Assembly: GCA_963848295.1 (NCBI GenBank)
Contig: CAWKDB010000010.1
Span: 2,080,001-2,144,000 of the forward strand
Origin: an uncultured delta proteobacterium
Lineage (GTDB): Bacteria; Myxococcota_A; Polyangia; Haliangiales; Haliangiaceae
Reading direction: 5' to 3'
DNA length: 64,000 nt
Part shown: in pieces, positions 31,206 to 40,405 of the stretch
Layout of the letters: each line of letters starts with the position of its first letter
Position numbering within the stretch: position 1 is the first letter of the stretch
Notes under the pieces: generated by a model
Told to the model about the DNA's origin: nothing
The model's input: only the letters and a program-made list of their open reading frames with translations
The model's database searches: none
Translations under genes and position numbers: made by a program

Positions 31206-32846
31206 ATGAATCCACGGCTTGGCGGTGCGCTGCTCGCGCTCGCAGCAGTGGCGCTGTTCGTCGTCTCGCTCGCGACGTCGGCGTGGTGGAACGGTCATCC
31301 GACCGTCGACGGCAAGGTCCGCGAGATCCAGGAGGTCCACGTCGGGCTGCACGGCGGCGAAGGCTGCAACAACCGGGGCTGCAGCTCGCTCGAGATCAGT
31401 ACGCCGGCGAAGATCCTCGGGTTCGGCGAGCTCGGCATCGTCGGGTTTGCCGCGATCATCGGCATCGCGCTCGGCCTGGCGAGCTACCGCGGCAGCGATC
31501 GCCGGCAGCCGGTCGGCAAGCTCGCGCTCGGCGTGATCGGGCTCGCGCTGCTGCTGTCGATCGCGCTCGTCGCGCTCGGGCCGGTGTCGGCGCGCAAGGT
31601 GTCTTTGCCGATCGGCTGGGGGCTGATCCTGTTCTGGGCCGGCAGCGGCGCGCTCGTCGTCGCGAGCGCGCTCGCGATGAGCACTCGCCAGCCGTTGCGG
31701 CTCAAACCATCGCGGCCGAAGCTCGCATCGCAACCCGCCGCGATCCCGCCGAGTGCGCCGTACGTCGCCCCGCTGCCGCCGATGTACCCGGCGACGTCGT
31801 TCCCGCCACCGGCGCCGATGTTCCCGCCGCCGCCCGCTCGTCCACCGCGCAGCTTTCCGCCGCCCGGACCGGTATTTCCCGCGCCGCCGCCGCCGACCGT
31901 CCCGCCGCCGTTCGGGGCGGCGATGCCGGCGCCGTTCATATCGCCGTACGAAGGGCCAGCGCCGCATAATCCGCTCGCGCCGATCCTGCCTCCGTTGCCG
32001 CCGAGCCCGGGTGGAGCGCTCGCGGGCCCGGCGGGTCTGATCATGCCGGGCGCGCCGCCGGATCTGCCGCCGTCCGAGGCGATGACCGTGCCGTTGCTCA
32101 AGCCGTCGTCGCCCTCGTTGCCAGCGCCGAATCGCGCCAGTCCGCCGCCCCGGCCTTCGTCGCCGCGTCCGACGATCGCGGGGCCCGCGGTGGCGCCCGA
32201 GCCGCCGACCGAGCGCGGCTCGACCGATGCCGATCAGCTGGCGGAGCAGTTCGCCGACGATGGCACCTCGCCGACGATCGAGCCACCGCCGCCGGTCGAC
32301 GCGACGACGCCGGCCGACGATCCGACGATCCCGCCGCCCGACGCGGTGGATCCCGGCTCGACCAGCGACGACGCGACGCTGCAAGTCGATCGCGTGTCGG
32401 CACCGCAGCTGGCACCGACCGCACCGCCGGCCGCGCCGACGACGATGCCGATGCCCTCGGTGCCGATGCCCGGCCGTACGGGCAAGCCGAGCGTGCCCCC
32501 GCCGAACATCCCCGGGTTCGCCGGCATCCCGCACATTCCAATGCCTCGCCCCGCGAACCCGGCGCTCGCTGCCGCGATGGCGGCGCCGATGGGTCCGCCA
32601 CGGCCGGCGGCGAAACCCGCCGAGCCGGCACTTCCGCCGATCGCGCCACCGCCTGCCGAGCCACCGAAGCGAGCATCGACTCCAGCGGTTCCGATCTCGA
32701 CCGCATCGCCGGACTTGCCGCCGCCGTCCGAGGACGAATTCGCGGCGACCGGCGCCGCTCCCGCATGTCCGCAATGTGAATCGCCGATGTCGTGGGTCGA
32801 CGAGCACCTGCGGTTCTACTGCAAGAGCTGCCGGATGTACTTCTGA
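31206..32846 (+). CDS. Membrane protein with long Pro-rich region and C-terminal zinc ribbon
   Basis: About four TM helices, Pro-rich linker, CPQC...YCKSC. Confidence 0.75.
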   Translation: MNPRLGGALLALAAVALFVVSLATSAWWNGHPTVDGKVREIQEVHVGLHGGEGCNNRGCSSLEISTPAKILGFGELGIVGFAAIIGIALGLASYRGSDRRQPVGKLALGVIGLALLLSIALVALGPVSARKVSLPIGWGLILFWAGSGALVVASALAMSTRQPLRLKPSRPKLASQPAAIPPSAPYVAPLPPMYPATSFPPPAPMFPPPPARPPRSFPPPGPVFPAPPPPTVPPPFGAAMPAPFISPYEGPAPHNPLAPILPPLPPSPGGALAGPAGLIMPGAPPDLPPSEAMTVPLLKPSSPSLPAPNRASPPPRPSSPRPTIAGPAVAPEPPTERGSTDADQLAEQFADDGTSPTIEPPPPVDATTPADDPTIPPPDAVDPGSTSDDATLQVDRVSAPQLAPTAPPAAPTTMPMPSVPMPGRTGKPSVPPPNIPGFAGIPHIPMPRPANPALAAAMAAPMGPPRPAAKPAEPALPPIAPPPAEPPKRASTPAVPISTASPDLPPPSEDEFAATGAAPACPQCESPMSWVDEHLRFYCKSCRMYF

Positions 32847-32865
32847 TCCCCGGTAGGATGCCGGC

Positions 32866-33564
32866 ATGGCGACGCTGCTGTTGATCCGCCACGGCCAGGC
32901 GTCGTACGGCCAAGCGGACTACGATCGGCTGTCGCCGCAGGGCGAGGACCAAGCGCGCGCGCTCGGCCGTTACCTCGCCGATGCCAAGGTCGACGCGCTC
33001 TACGCCGGGCCGCTGCGCCGGCAAGCGCAGACCGCGGCGTTCGCGCGCGAGGCGGCGGGTGGATCGCTGCCCGAGCCGATCACGTTGCCCGAGCTGAGCG
33101 AGTATCCCGCGTTCGAGATGCTGCAGCACTTCGTGCCGAGGTTGATCGCGGAGGATGCAGAGCTCGCGGCGATCACGTCGGCGCCGACGCCCCGGCTGCT
33201 CGATCGCGCGTTCCACATGATCCTCGCGAAGTGGTCGCGCGACGAGTGGGCGTTCGATGGCGTCGAGCGCGTCGACAGCTTCGTCGCCCGCGTGCGCGCC
33301 GGCCTCGATCGCGTGTTGCGCGCGGCGAGCTCGGGGGCGCGGATCGCGGCGGTCACTTCGGCCGGGCCGATCGGCGTCGCGGTCGGTCTGACGTTCGGGA
33401 TCCCGGCCGAGCGCATGGTGAGGACGAGCATCGTGATCCGCAACGCGTCGATCACCGAGCTTCGCTTCCGCAGCGAAGGGTTCGATTGGCAGCCCGATCA
33501 ACTGTCGCTCGTCACGTTCAACCAGACCTCGCACTTGCCGGCCACGCTGCAGACGGAGAGATGA
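32866..33564 (+). CDS. Histidine phosphatase (PGAM) family protein
   Basis: LIRHGQAS...YDRLS..G, LRRQAQTA, TSAGPI. Confidence 0.88.
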   Translation: MATLLLIRHGQASYGQADYDRLSPQGEDQARALGRYLADAKVDALYAGPLRRQAQTAAFAREAAGGSLPEPITLPELSEYPAFEMLQHFVPRLIAEDAELAAITSAPTPRLLDRAFHMILAKWSRDEWAFDGVERVDSFVARVRAGLDRVLRAASSGARIAAVTSAGPIGVAVGLTFGIPAERMVRTSIVIRNASITELRFRSEGFDWQPDQLSLVTFNQTSHLPATLQTER

Positions 33565-33565
33565 C

Positions 33566-34762
33566 ATGGACTTCGATCCACCCGCCGCCGTACGTCCGCT
33601 GCTCGAACGCATCGAGCGGTTCGTCGCCGATCACTTGCTGCCGGTCGAGCACGAGGTGTTCGAGCGCGGCTTCACCGCATCGGGCGTGCAGCTCGGCGAG
33701 CTGCGCGCGCGCGTCAAAGCCGAGGGGATGTGGGGCCCACAGATCCCGAGAGACATCGGCGGCCTCGGGCTCGGGCTGGTCGAGCACGGCTTGGTGTCGG
33801 AGCGACTCGGGCGATCGCCGCTCGGTCACTTCGTGTTCGGCGCGCAGGCTCCGGATGCCGGCAACCTCGAGATCCTCCACAAGTACGGCACGCCCGAGCA
33901 AAAGGCGCGCTGGCTCGTGCCGCTCGCGGCCGGCGAACTCCGCTCGTGCTTCGCGATGACCGAGCCGGAGAATCCCGGCTCGAACCCGACGCTGCTGTCG
34001 TGCAGCGCGCGACTCGACGGCGATCACTACGTGATCGACGGTCACAAGTGGTTCACGTCGAGCGCCGATGGCGCGGCGTTCGCGATCGTGATGGCGGTGA
34101 CCGAGCCGACCGCGGCGGCGCACAGTCGCGCGTCGATGATCATCGTGCCGACCGATGCGCCGGGCTACGAGCGCGTGCGCAACATCAAGATCATGGGCGA
34201 TGCCGGCGACGGCTGGGCGAGCCACTCCGAGCTGCGGCTGCGCGGCGTGCGCGTGCCGGTCGGCAATCGACTCGGCGCATCGGGCGCGGGCTTCCTGATC
34301 GCCCAAGAGCGGCTCGGCCCGGGGCGGATCCATCACTGCATGCGCTGGATCGGCATCTGCGAGCGCGTATTCGACACGATGTGCCGCCACATCTCGCGCC
34401 GCAAGATCGACGAAGACGGCAAGACGCTCGCGACCCGCCAGATCGCGCAGGAATGGGTCGCCGAAGCGCGCGCCGAGATCGATGCGGCGCGCTTGATGGT
34501 GCTCCACGCGGCGTGGACGATCGAGAACAAGGGCTTCTCGGTCGCGCGCGACCAAGTGTCGCTGATCAAGTTCTATGTCTCGGACATCATGCTGCGGCTG
34601 GTCGATCGCGCGATCCAGCTGCACGGCGCGCTCGGCGTGACGAGCGATACGATCCTCGCGCATTACTACGTGCACGAGCGCGGCGCGCGGATCTACGACG
34701 GCCCCGACGAGGTCCACAAGATGGTCGTCGCGAAGCGCATCCTCGCGAGGTATGCGCCTTGA
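33566..34762 (+). CDS. Acyl-CoA dehydrogenase (ACAD10/11-like)
   Basis: [49 protein letters not shown]. Confidence 0.93.
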   Translation: MDFDPPAAVRPLLERIERFVADHLLPVEHEVFERGFTASGVQLGELRARVKAEGMWGPQIPRDIGGLGLGLVEHGLVSERLGRSPLGHFVFGAQAPDAGNLEILHKYGTPEQKARWLVPLAAGELRSCFAMTEPENPGSNPTLLSCSARLDGDHYVIDGHKWFTSSADGAAFAIVMAVTEPTAAAHSRASMIIVPTDAPGYERVRNIKIMGDAGDGWASHSELRLRGVRVPVGNRLGASGAGFLIAQERLGPGRIHHCMRWIGICERVFDTMCRHISRRKIDEDGKTLATRQIAQEWVAEARAEIDAARLMVLHAAWTIENKGFSVARDQVSLIKFYVSDIMLRLVDRAIQLHGALGVTSDTILAHYYVHERGARIYDGPDEVHKMVVAKRILARYAP

Positions 34763-35829
34763 TCGAAGACCGGCCGAAGCCGGTTCGCGCCGGCGAGGAG
34801 CTCGACGTCGCCGCGCTCACTGCGTTCGTCGACCGCGAGCTCGGCGCGCACGGCGCGGTGACGGTCGAGCAATTCCCGGGCGGCCACTCGAACCTGACGT
34901 ACCTCGTGCATCACGGCGACCGCGAGTACGTGCTGCGCCGGCCGCCGTTCGGCTCGAAGGTGAAATCGGCGCACGACATGGGCCGCGAGGTCGCGGTGCT
35001 GTCGAAGCTCGCCCCGGTCTACGCGCGCGCGCCGCACGTGCTCGCGAACGAGCCGACCGGCGACGTGCTCGGTGCACCGTTCTATCTGATGGAGCGTCGC
35101 CGCGGCGTGATCTTGCGGCGCGACTTGCCGGCCGAGCTCGTCGCCGACCCCGGGGCGTTGCGCCGGCTGTGCGAGCTGCTCGTCGATGCGCTCGTCGAGC
35201 TCCACGCGGTCGATTTCCGCGCGGCCGGGCTCGGCGACGTCGGCAAGCCCGAAGGCTATGTCGTGCGCCAGGTCCACGGTTGGAGCGAGCGCTACGTCGG
35301 CTCGCAGACCGATGACATTGCCGCGATGACCGAGGTCGCCGCGTGGCTACCGGCGCATCGACCGTACGAGGGCGCACCGTCGCTGATTCACAACGACTTC
35401 AAGTTCGACAACCTGATCTTCGATCCCGGGCTCGAACGGATCACCGGCGTGCTCGACTGGGAGATGACGACGATCGGCGACCCGTTGATGGATCTCGGCA
35501 CGTCGCTGTCGTACTGGGCGCAGCACGATGACGCGGCGCCGGTGCGCCAGTTGCCGTTCGGGCCAACCGCGACGCCGGGCATGATGGCGCGCACCGAGCT
35601 CGCGGCGCGCTACCTCGAACGATCGGGTCGGCGGACCACCGACCTCGTGTTCTACTACGCGTTCGGTCTGTTCAAGACCGCGGTGATCGCGCAGCAGATC
35701 TACTATCGATTTGCGAAGGGCCTGACGAAGGACGCGCGGTTCGCCGCGTTCATCTTCGCGGTCCGCGTGCTCGCCGAGCAGGCCCGCAGCGCGATCGAGC
35801 GCGGGTCGATCGCGCCGGCGCTTGACTAA
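34759..35829 (+). CDS. APH-family phosphotransferase (ACAD10/11 kinase-like)
   Basis: [42 protein letters not shown] start overlaps the ACAD stop. Confidence 0.9.
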   Translation: MIEDRPKPVRAGEELDVAALTAFVDRELGAHGAVTVEQFPGGHSNLTYLVHHGDREYVLRRPPFGSKVKSAHDMGREVAVLSKLAPVYARAPHVLANEPTGDVLGAPFYLMERRRGVILRRDLPAELVADPGALRRLCELLVDALVELHAVDFRAAGLGDVGKPEGYVVRQVHGWSERYVGSQTDDIAAMTEVAAWLPAHRPYEGAPSLIHNDFKFDNLIFDPGLERITGVLDWEMTTIGDPLMDLGTSLSYWAQHDDAAPVRQLPFGPTATPGMMARTELAARYLERSGRRTTDLVFYYAFGLFKTAVIAQQIYYRFAKGLTKDARFAAFIFAVRVLAEQARSAIERGSIAPALD

Positions 35830-36335
35830 AGCTGCTCGAGGATCCTCAGCGTTAGCGTCCCGACGTTGTCGGCGTAGTCGCCGTCGTGGAGGTTCGCCGA
35901 CAGGGTCGAGTCGAGGCCGGTGAACGCGATCTCGTAGACGTGCGAGGTGGTGTACGCGCCCCAGCGCGTGACCTTGTCGCCGACCGTCGGGTGGTCGATC
36001 GAGATCCCGTAGTCGAGCCCGTTGAGGTCGTTGTTGTCGGCGGGATTCGTGAAGTCGTGATACTCGGCGTCGCCGAGTTGATCGCCGACGCCGCCGCAGG
36101 TGATCGTCCCGGACGCGTTGACTCGGTAGACGCCAGCGCTCGACAGCACCGAGGTCGACGTCACCGATGATCCATCGCTCGGCACGGCGATCGTCTCGAT
36201 CACGATGAAGCCGAGATCCGAGTCGAAACCCGGCGGCGGCGCGTCACTCGGGCCGGCAACCATCACGGGCCGAAAGTCGAGCCGCCCGCAAGCGCCTACC
36301 GCGACCGCGATCGCCACCGACCCGATGCTCCGCAT
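35826..36335 (-). CDS. Hypothetical lipoprotein
   Basis: Lipobox VGAC followed by GRLDF; Asp/Thr-rich beta body. Confidence 0.7.
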   Translation of the reverse strand: MRSIGSVAIAVAVGACGRLDFRPVMVAGPSDAPPPGFDSDLGFIVIETIAVPSDGSSVTSTSVLSSAGVYRVNASGTITCGGVGDQLGDAEYHDFTNPADNNDLNGLDYGISIDHPTVGDKVTRWGAYTTSHVYEIAFTGLDSTLSANLHDGDYADNVGTLTLRILEQL

Positions 36336-36407
36336 CCCCCCAGTCTAACCGGCTCGCAGCGCCGAAGTGAGTCTTCGGACCTTCACGATGACAGGCGCGA
36401 GCTCCCT

Positions 36408-36687
36408 GTGCGTGAAGCCAAGAAGATCGAAGCTCTCGGTGTCCACGTCCTTCGGGGTGTCGTTGTGATGCGGCCGGACAAACCTCACCAGCCGCGTCTT
36501 CGTTGGGATGGAGCTTCAGTCCGTATTTGCCGAATCGTTTCGGCAGTACGTCCATCACCCTGCGAGCGTCATCCTCCGACGAGAATACGAGGACAGCGTC
36601 GTCCGCGTACCGGATGAGAAACGCATAGCCTTGCAGCCTAGGCTTCACGTCCGTCTCGAACCACGTGTCGAGCACCTCGTGTAAATA
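36408..36687 (-). pseudogene. Group II intron reverse transcriptase fragment (YADD region)
   Basis: RYADD motif; frameshift near 36505; no N-terminal RT or maturase region. Confidence 0.85.
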
Positions 36688-36765
36688 GGTTGAAACGCTG
36701 CAAGGTTCGATCGAGAGGTTTCAGTTATCCATCCGTTCTCCTCTCCCAGGCTTCGCCTGGCGCAC
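36408..36765 (-). mobile_element. Internally deleted group II intron remnant (5' end plus RT fragment)
   Basis: 5' end GTGCGCCAGGCGAAGCCTGG (GUGYG) at 36765; after about 78 nt it joins RT sequence YLHEVLDTWF...LIRYADDAVL...FGKYGLKLHP/KTRLV...SFDLLGFTH. Confidence 0.85.
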
Positions 36766-36836
36766 ATGCCGCTCAGATAAGTGCGTTGACCTTGACCTCG
36801 ACATTCAGGTCAAGGTCAACGTTATCTGAGCGACAT
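36766..36836. repeat. 71-nt long hairpin downstream of the PadR gene (terminator or REP-like)
   Basis: CGCTCAGATAA[GTG]CGTTGACCTTGACCT, 8-nt loop, AGGTCAAGGTCAACGTTATCTGAGCG. Confidence 0.85.
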
Positions 36837-36841
36837 TGGTG

Positions 36842-37522
36842 CTAGTCCTCGTCGAGGTCGCCGCCGTCGCTTGCGAGCAAGCCGTACAGCTTGCGGCGAA
36901 GCTCGACGAGCAGCTTGCGAGCTTCGGCGATCTGCGCCGGTGTGCCCGCGCGCATGATCTGGCCGAGCGCAGCACCGAGGTGCATGAGCTCGGCGCGCGG
37001 ATCGTCGCCGGCTTCGGGCGTTTCGGGCCACGCGGTCTCGAGCTCGTCGCGATGCTTGCCGACGTAGGTCTTGCCGCGCTCGGTCAGCTTGAACACGCGA
37101 CCGGTGGCGCCCTGCTCGGCTTTGCCGGCGTCGTCGACCAAGCCCTCGTCTTCGAGCTGCTGCAGCGTCGGATAGACCGAGCCCGAGCTCGGACGCCACG
37201 TCCCACCGGTGCGCTGCGCCAGCTCCTGCATGATCTGGTAGCCGTTGAGCGGCTTGTCGGCGAGCACGAGCAAGATCGCACCGCGGACGTCGCCGCGACG
37301 TGCGCGATGACCGCGTCCGAACCACTGCGCCCACGGAGGTGCGCCCGGCGGTCCGCTACCAGGGCCCCAGCCGCCGGGGCCACCGAAACCGGGGCCGCCG
37401 AAACCGGGTGGAGGGCCGCCGCGATGGCGACCGTGTCGCCCGCGGGCCGCGGCCCAAAAGTTGTTGTTGTCTGCGTGCTCGTCGCGAGCAGCGCGGAGGA
37501 TCTCTCTGTCGAATCGTCTCAT
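36842..37522 (-). CDS. PadR-family transcriptional regulator
   Basis: RRGDVRGAILLVL...GYQIMQEL..R.GG.WRPS.GSVYPTLQQLEDEGLV. Confidence 0.92.
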   Translation of the reverse strand: MRRFDREILRAARDEHADNNNFWAAARGRHGRHRGGPPPGFGGPGFGGPGGWGPGSGPPGAPPWAQWFGRGHRARRGDVRGAILLVLADKPLNGYQIMQELAQRTGGTWRPSSGSVYPTLQQLEDEGLVDDAGKAEQGATGRVFKLTERGKTYVGKHRDELETAWPETPEAGDDPRAELMHLGAALGQIMRAGTPAQIAEARKLLVELRRKLYGLLASDGGDLDED

Positions 37523-37573
37523 GGTGTTGTTTTGGATTTCTCCTGAGCGTCATAGTGCCATCATCTCGCGACA

Positions 37574-37591
37574 TGTCAACGATATATCGTT
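37574..37591 (-). promoter_or_regulatory. Palindrome AACGATATATCGTT overlapping a TTGACA -35 box upstream of the PadR gene
   Basis: Perfect 14-bp palindrome at 37578-37591; minus-strand TTGACA at 37574-37579. Confidence 0.65.
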
Positions 37592-37633
37592 ATCTATCGC
37601 GTAATAGCGCGTAAGGACTCGGAACCGATCCCG

Positions 37634-38881
37634 CTACTTGATCTCGACGTGCCAGGCGCCGTGCGCGACGTCTTCGCGGACTTCGACTCGCGGGTCCTGG
37701 TCGCGGAACAACAGCACCGGCTTGCCGTCCTCGTCGATCTCGTTCGGCTCGCCCCACTTGTGCTTGAACAGCTCGAGCAGCGTGTCGCGCGCCTCGGGGT
37801 GTGCCTTCCAGCCGATCGCGAACGTGAGCTCGTGGACCTTGCCGCCGGCGATGCCGAGCGTGATCTTCGTGCTGAACCGGTCCCATTCGGTCGGTGGTAG
37901 CGACAACACGAGGTCCTTGCCGACCTGCGCCACGTCATCCTTGTAGATGTGCTTGACCTCGTCGACCGTCTTGCCGAGCACCGGCTCGCGCAGACCGTCG
38001 AGCGAGTCGGGTTGGTCACCGAACAGCTGCGACGCCGGCAGGTAGTTGTCGAACGCGAGGTCATGATCGTCGCCGAGCGCAGCGCGCAGCGTCGCTCGCC
38101 AACCGGTCTCCGGGTCCGGCCACACCATCACGGCCTTGCCGACCGGCTCGGTCGCGGGCGTGCCCGGACCCCACGCCTCGGTCACGATGTCTTCGATGTG
38201 CGGCGGTAAGTTGACGTAGATCGATCGCACCGTGCCGAGCTTGTCGTCGAACTGCACGAACGACCGGATGCCAGCGACGCCGGTCGGCACTCCGGCCGGC
38301 ACCGAGACCGGACCGGGCGCGGCGACCTTCGCGTCGGCGAGCTTCATGCCGATGCGCAGCTTCGAGAGCTCGCCCGGCGGCACGACGTGCGCGCCGAAGA
38401 ACTCCTTGCTGATCGCGTGGTGCGGCGTGAACTCGAGCGAGCAATTGCGCTCGAGGCAATCGAGCCGCGCGCGCCAGCCGGTGACATCGCTGGTCCAGGT
38501 CGTTTCGGGTTGGCCGAGCGCGTCGTGCGTCATCGACGGCTCGCCCCACGCCTTGGTCAACAGCTCGCGACTGTTCGGGCCCGTGATCGTCGCGACGATG
38601 CCAGACACCGCACCGCCGTCGACGTGGACCGCGAGCCGGACGTCGCGGACGTCGGAGTCGAGGACCATCTCGTCGCGCACGCCGGCGCGGTCGGTGTCGT
38701 GGAGCTGCGGCACGAGTCGCTTCGCTTCGGCGACGGTCATCCCGGGGTGAATCTTCGCGAGACCGCGCGGCGGCTCGATCGCGGGACCGAAAAACGCCGT
38801 CGTCGCCGCGGGCGCGGATTCGCACGCTCCGCACGCCGCACCGGCGATGGCGATCACGAACGCTGCAGCTCCGAGTCTCAC
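37634..38881 (-). CDS. Hypothetical exported protein or lipoprotein with internal repeats
   Basis: Signal with GAAC; repeated PP..L.K...GM..A.AK and WG.P motifs. Confidence 0.7.
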   Translation of the reverse strand: MRLGAAAFVIAIAGAACGACESAPAATTAFFGPAIEPPRGLAKIHPGMTVAEAKRLVPQLHDTDRAGVRDEMVLDSDVRDVRLAVHVDGGAVSGIVATITGPNSRELLTKAWGEPSMTHDALGQPETTWTSDVTGWRARLDCLERNCSLEFTPHHAISKEFFGAHVVPPGELSKLRIGMKLADAKVAAPGPVSVPAGVPTGVAGIRSFVQFDDKLGTVRSIYVNLPPHIEDIVTEAWGPGTPATEPVGKAVMVWPDPETGWRATLRAALGDDHDLAFDNYLPASQLFGDQPDSLDGLREPVLGKTVDEVKHIYKDDVAQVGKDLVLSLPPTEWDRFSTKITLGIAGGKVHELTFAIGWKAHPEARDTLLELFKHKWGEPNEIDEDGKPVLLFRDQDPRVEVREDVAHGAWHVEIK

Positions 38882-38911
38882 CCTCCCATTTCTGCACTGG
38901 CTCGGTTCGTT

Positions 38912-40336
38912 TCACAAGTGCGTGCGCACGACGTCGCCGACGATCGTCAGGGCACGACGCATCACGTCCTCGGCGAGGTACGCATAGGCAACGCGAAAAC
39001 CATGCAAGTGCGGCTTGCCAAGGAATGCCGCGCTGCGGTTCGAGACGTGGATGCCGCGCCGCGCGAGGTCGGCTTCGAGCCTGGCGAGCTCGATCGACCC
39101 CGGCAGCTCGAGCCACAGCGTCGGACCGCCACCCGGCCGCGTCCACCGCACACCGTCCGGCATCAGCTCGTCGAGCGCTTGCAAGCACGCGGCGTAGCGA
39201 CCGTCGAGCGCGCGCTGCAACGTCTGGAGGTGCGTGTCGTAGTAGCCGCGCTCGAGAAACTCGGCGACGACTGCCTCGGTCAGCCAAGCGTTGCCGAGCG
39301 TCGACAACCGCTTCATCGCGACGAGCGTCGGTACGAGCTTCGGCGCCGCGGCGACGAACCCGATCCGCAGCGACGGCAGCAGCTTCTTCGTGAACGAGTT
39401 GACGTAGAGCACGTCCTTGCCGCCGAGCATCCGCAACATCGGCCGATATTCGCCGTCCGACAGCATGTCGGAGCCCCAATCGTCCTCGAGGATCGCGACG
39501 CCATGGCGGCGACACAGGTCGAGCACGCCGTGCAGCTCGGCGCTCGTGTAGGAGTAGCCGGTCGGGTTTTGGAAGCTCGGGATCAAGTAGGCGAGCGCGG
39601 GCTTCTGCGCGAGCGCGCGATCCCAGGCGGCCAGATCGACGCCGCCGCCGAACGGATCGAGCGGCAGCCCGACGAGCTCGTGGCCCAGGCTGTGAAACAG
39701 CAACGACGCGTACGCATAGACCGGCGACTCGACCGCGATGCGCTTGTGCGCGAGCGAACGCGCGACGATGTCCAGCGACTGCTGTGACCCGGTCGTGATC
39801 ACGATCTCGTCAGCGGAGACGTCGAGACCGCGCCGCTCGAGCCGCGCCGCGATCGCTTCGCGCAAAGGGCGATAGCCCTGAGCTTCGTATTGCGCGGGCA
39901 TCCGCTCGCGCAGCACGGAGCGCGCGCACTCCGCGATCCGCTCGGTCGGCAGCAGGTCCGGATCGATGAACACCGTCGACAGCGCGATCATCCCATGCGG
40001 CGCGATCTCGGGCTGGCCGAGCGGCGGGGGTACGAGGATCGGGAGCGGCGGCGCGATGACCGTCGCCGGCGCGGCGATCCCACCGCGGGCGAGCACGAAC
40101 ACACCTTCGCGCGGGCGCGCCTCGAGCACCCCGCGTGCCACGAGCTCGTCGTAGGCGGCCTGGGCGGTGTTCTTCGATAACCCGAGCTGGCGCTCGAGCG
40201 CTCGCATCGGCGGCACTCGACTACCCGCCGGCAACGCGCCGCTCGCGACCTCGCGCAGCACGCTCGCGATGATATCGGCCGCGGTCGCACGCCGGCCCGG
40301 GGTCGTGACATGGAGGCCAATGTATGGAGCGCGCAT
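38912..40336 (-). CDS. MocR/GabR-family regulator (GntR HTH plus PLP aminotransferase domain)
   Basis: LPAGSRVPPMRAL...SKNTAQAAYDELVARG; TTGSQQSL, PSFQNPTG, ILEDD, SFTKK..PSLRIG. Confidence 0.92.
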   Translation of the reverse strand: MRAPYIGLHVTTPGRRATAADIIASVLREVASGALPAGSRVPPMRALERQLGLSKNTAQAAYDELVARGVLEARPREGVFVLARGGIAAPATVIAPPLPILVPPPLGQPEIAPHGMIALSTVFIDPDLLPTERIAECARSVLRERMPAQYEAQGYRPLREAIAARLERRGLDVSADEIVITTGSQQSLDIVARSLAHKRIAVESPVYAYASLLFHSLGHELVGLPLDPFGGGVDLAAWDRALAQKPALAYLIPSFQNPTGYSYTSAELHGVLDLCRRHGVAILEDDWGSDMLSDGEYRPMLRMLGGKDVLYVNSFTKKLLPSLRIGFVAAAPKLVPTLVAMKRLSTLGNAWLTEAVVAEFLERGYYDTHLQTLQRALDGRYAACLQALDELMPDGVRWTRPGGGPTLWLELPGSIELARLEADLARRGIHVSNRSAAFLGKPHLHGFRVAYAYLAEDVMRRALTIVGDVVRTHL

Positions 40337-40405
40337 CCGCCTGCTTCATAACGCCGTTGTGGCAGCGGTGCGAAGGGACAACGCCCCGGCGGCCGTAGGG
40401 ACAGC

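Noticed and set aside
36244..36675. RT ORF as a retron, DGR or defence reverse transcriptase
   Set aside because: It is a short frameshifted fragment with group II-type motifs, attached to a group II 5' end.
36785..36821. TTGACCTT...AAGGTCAA as a MerR-type promoter/operator or an attC site
   Set aside because: It lies 3' of a gene within a much longer hairpin, has no suitably placed downstream gene, lacks clear RYYYAAC/GTTRRRY ends, and no integrase is in the window.
40374..40403. AGGGACA direct repeat upstream of the MocR-family gene
   Set aside because: Possible operator, but a 7-bp repeat is too short to support without comparative data.
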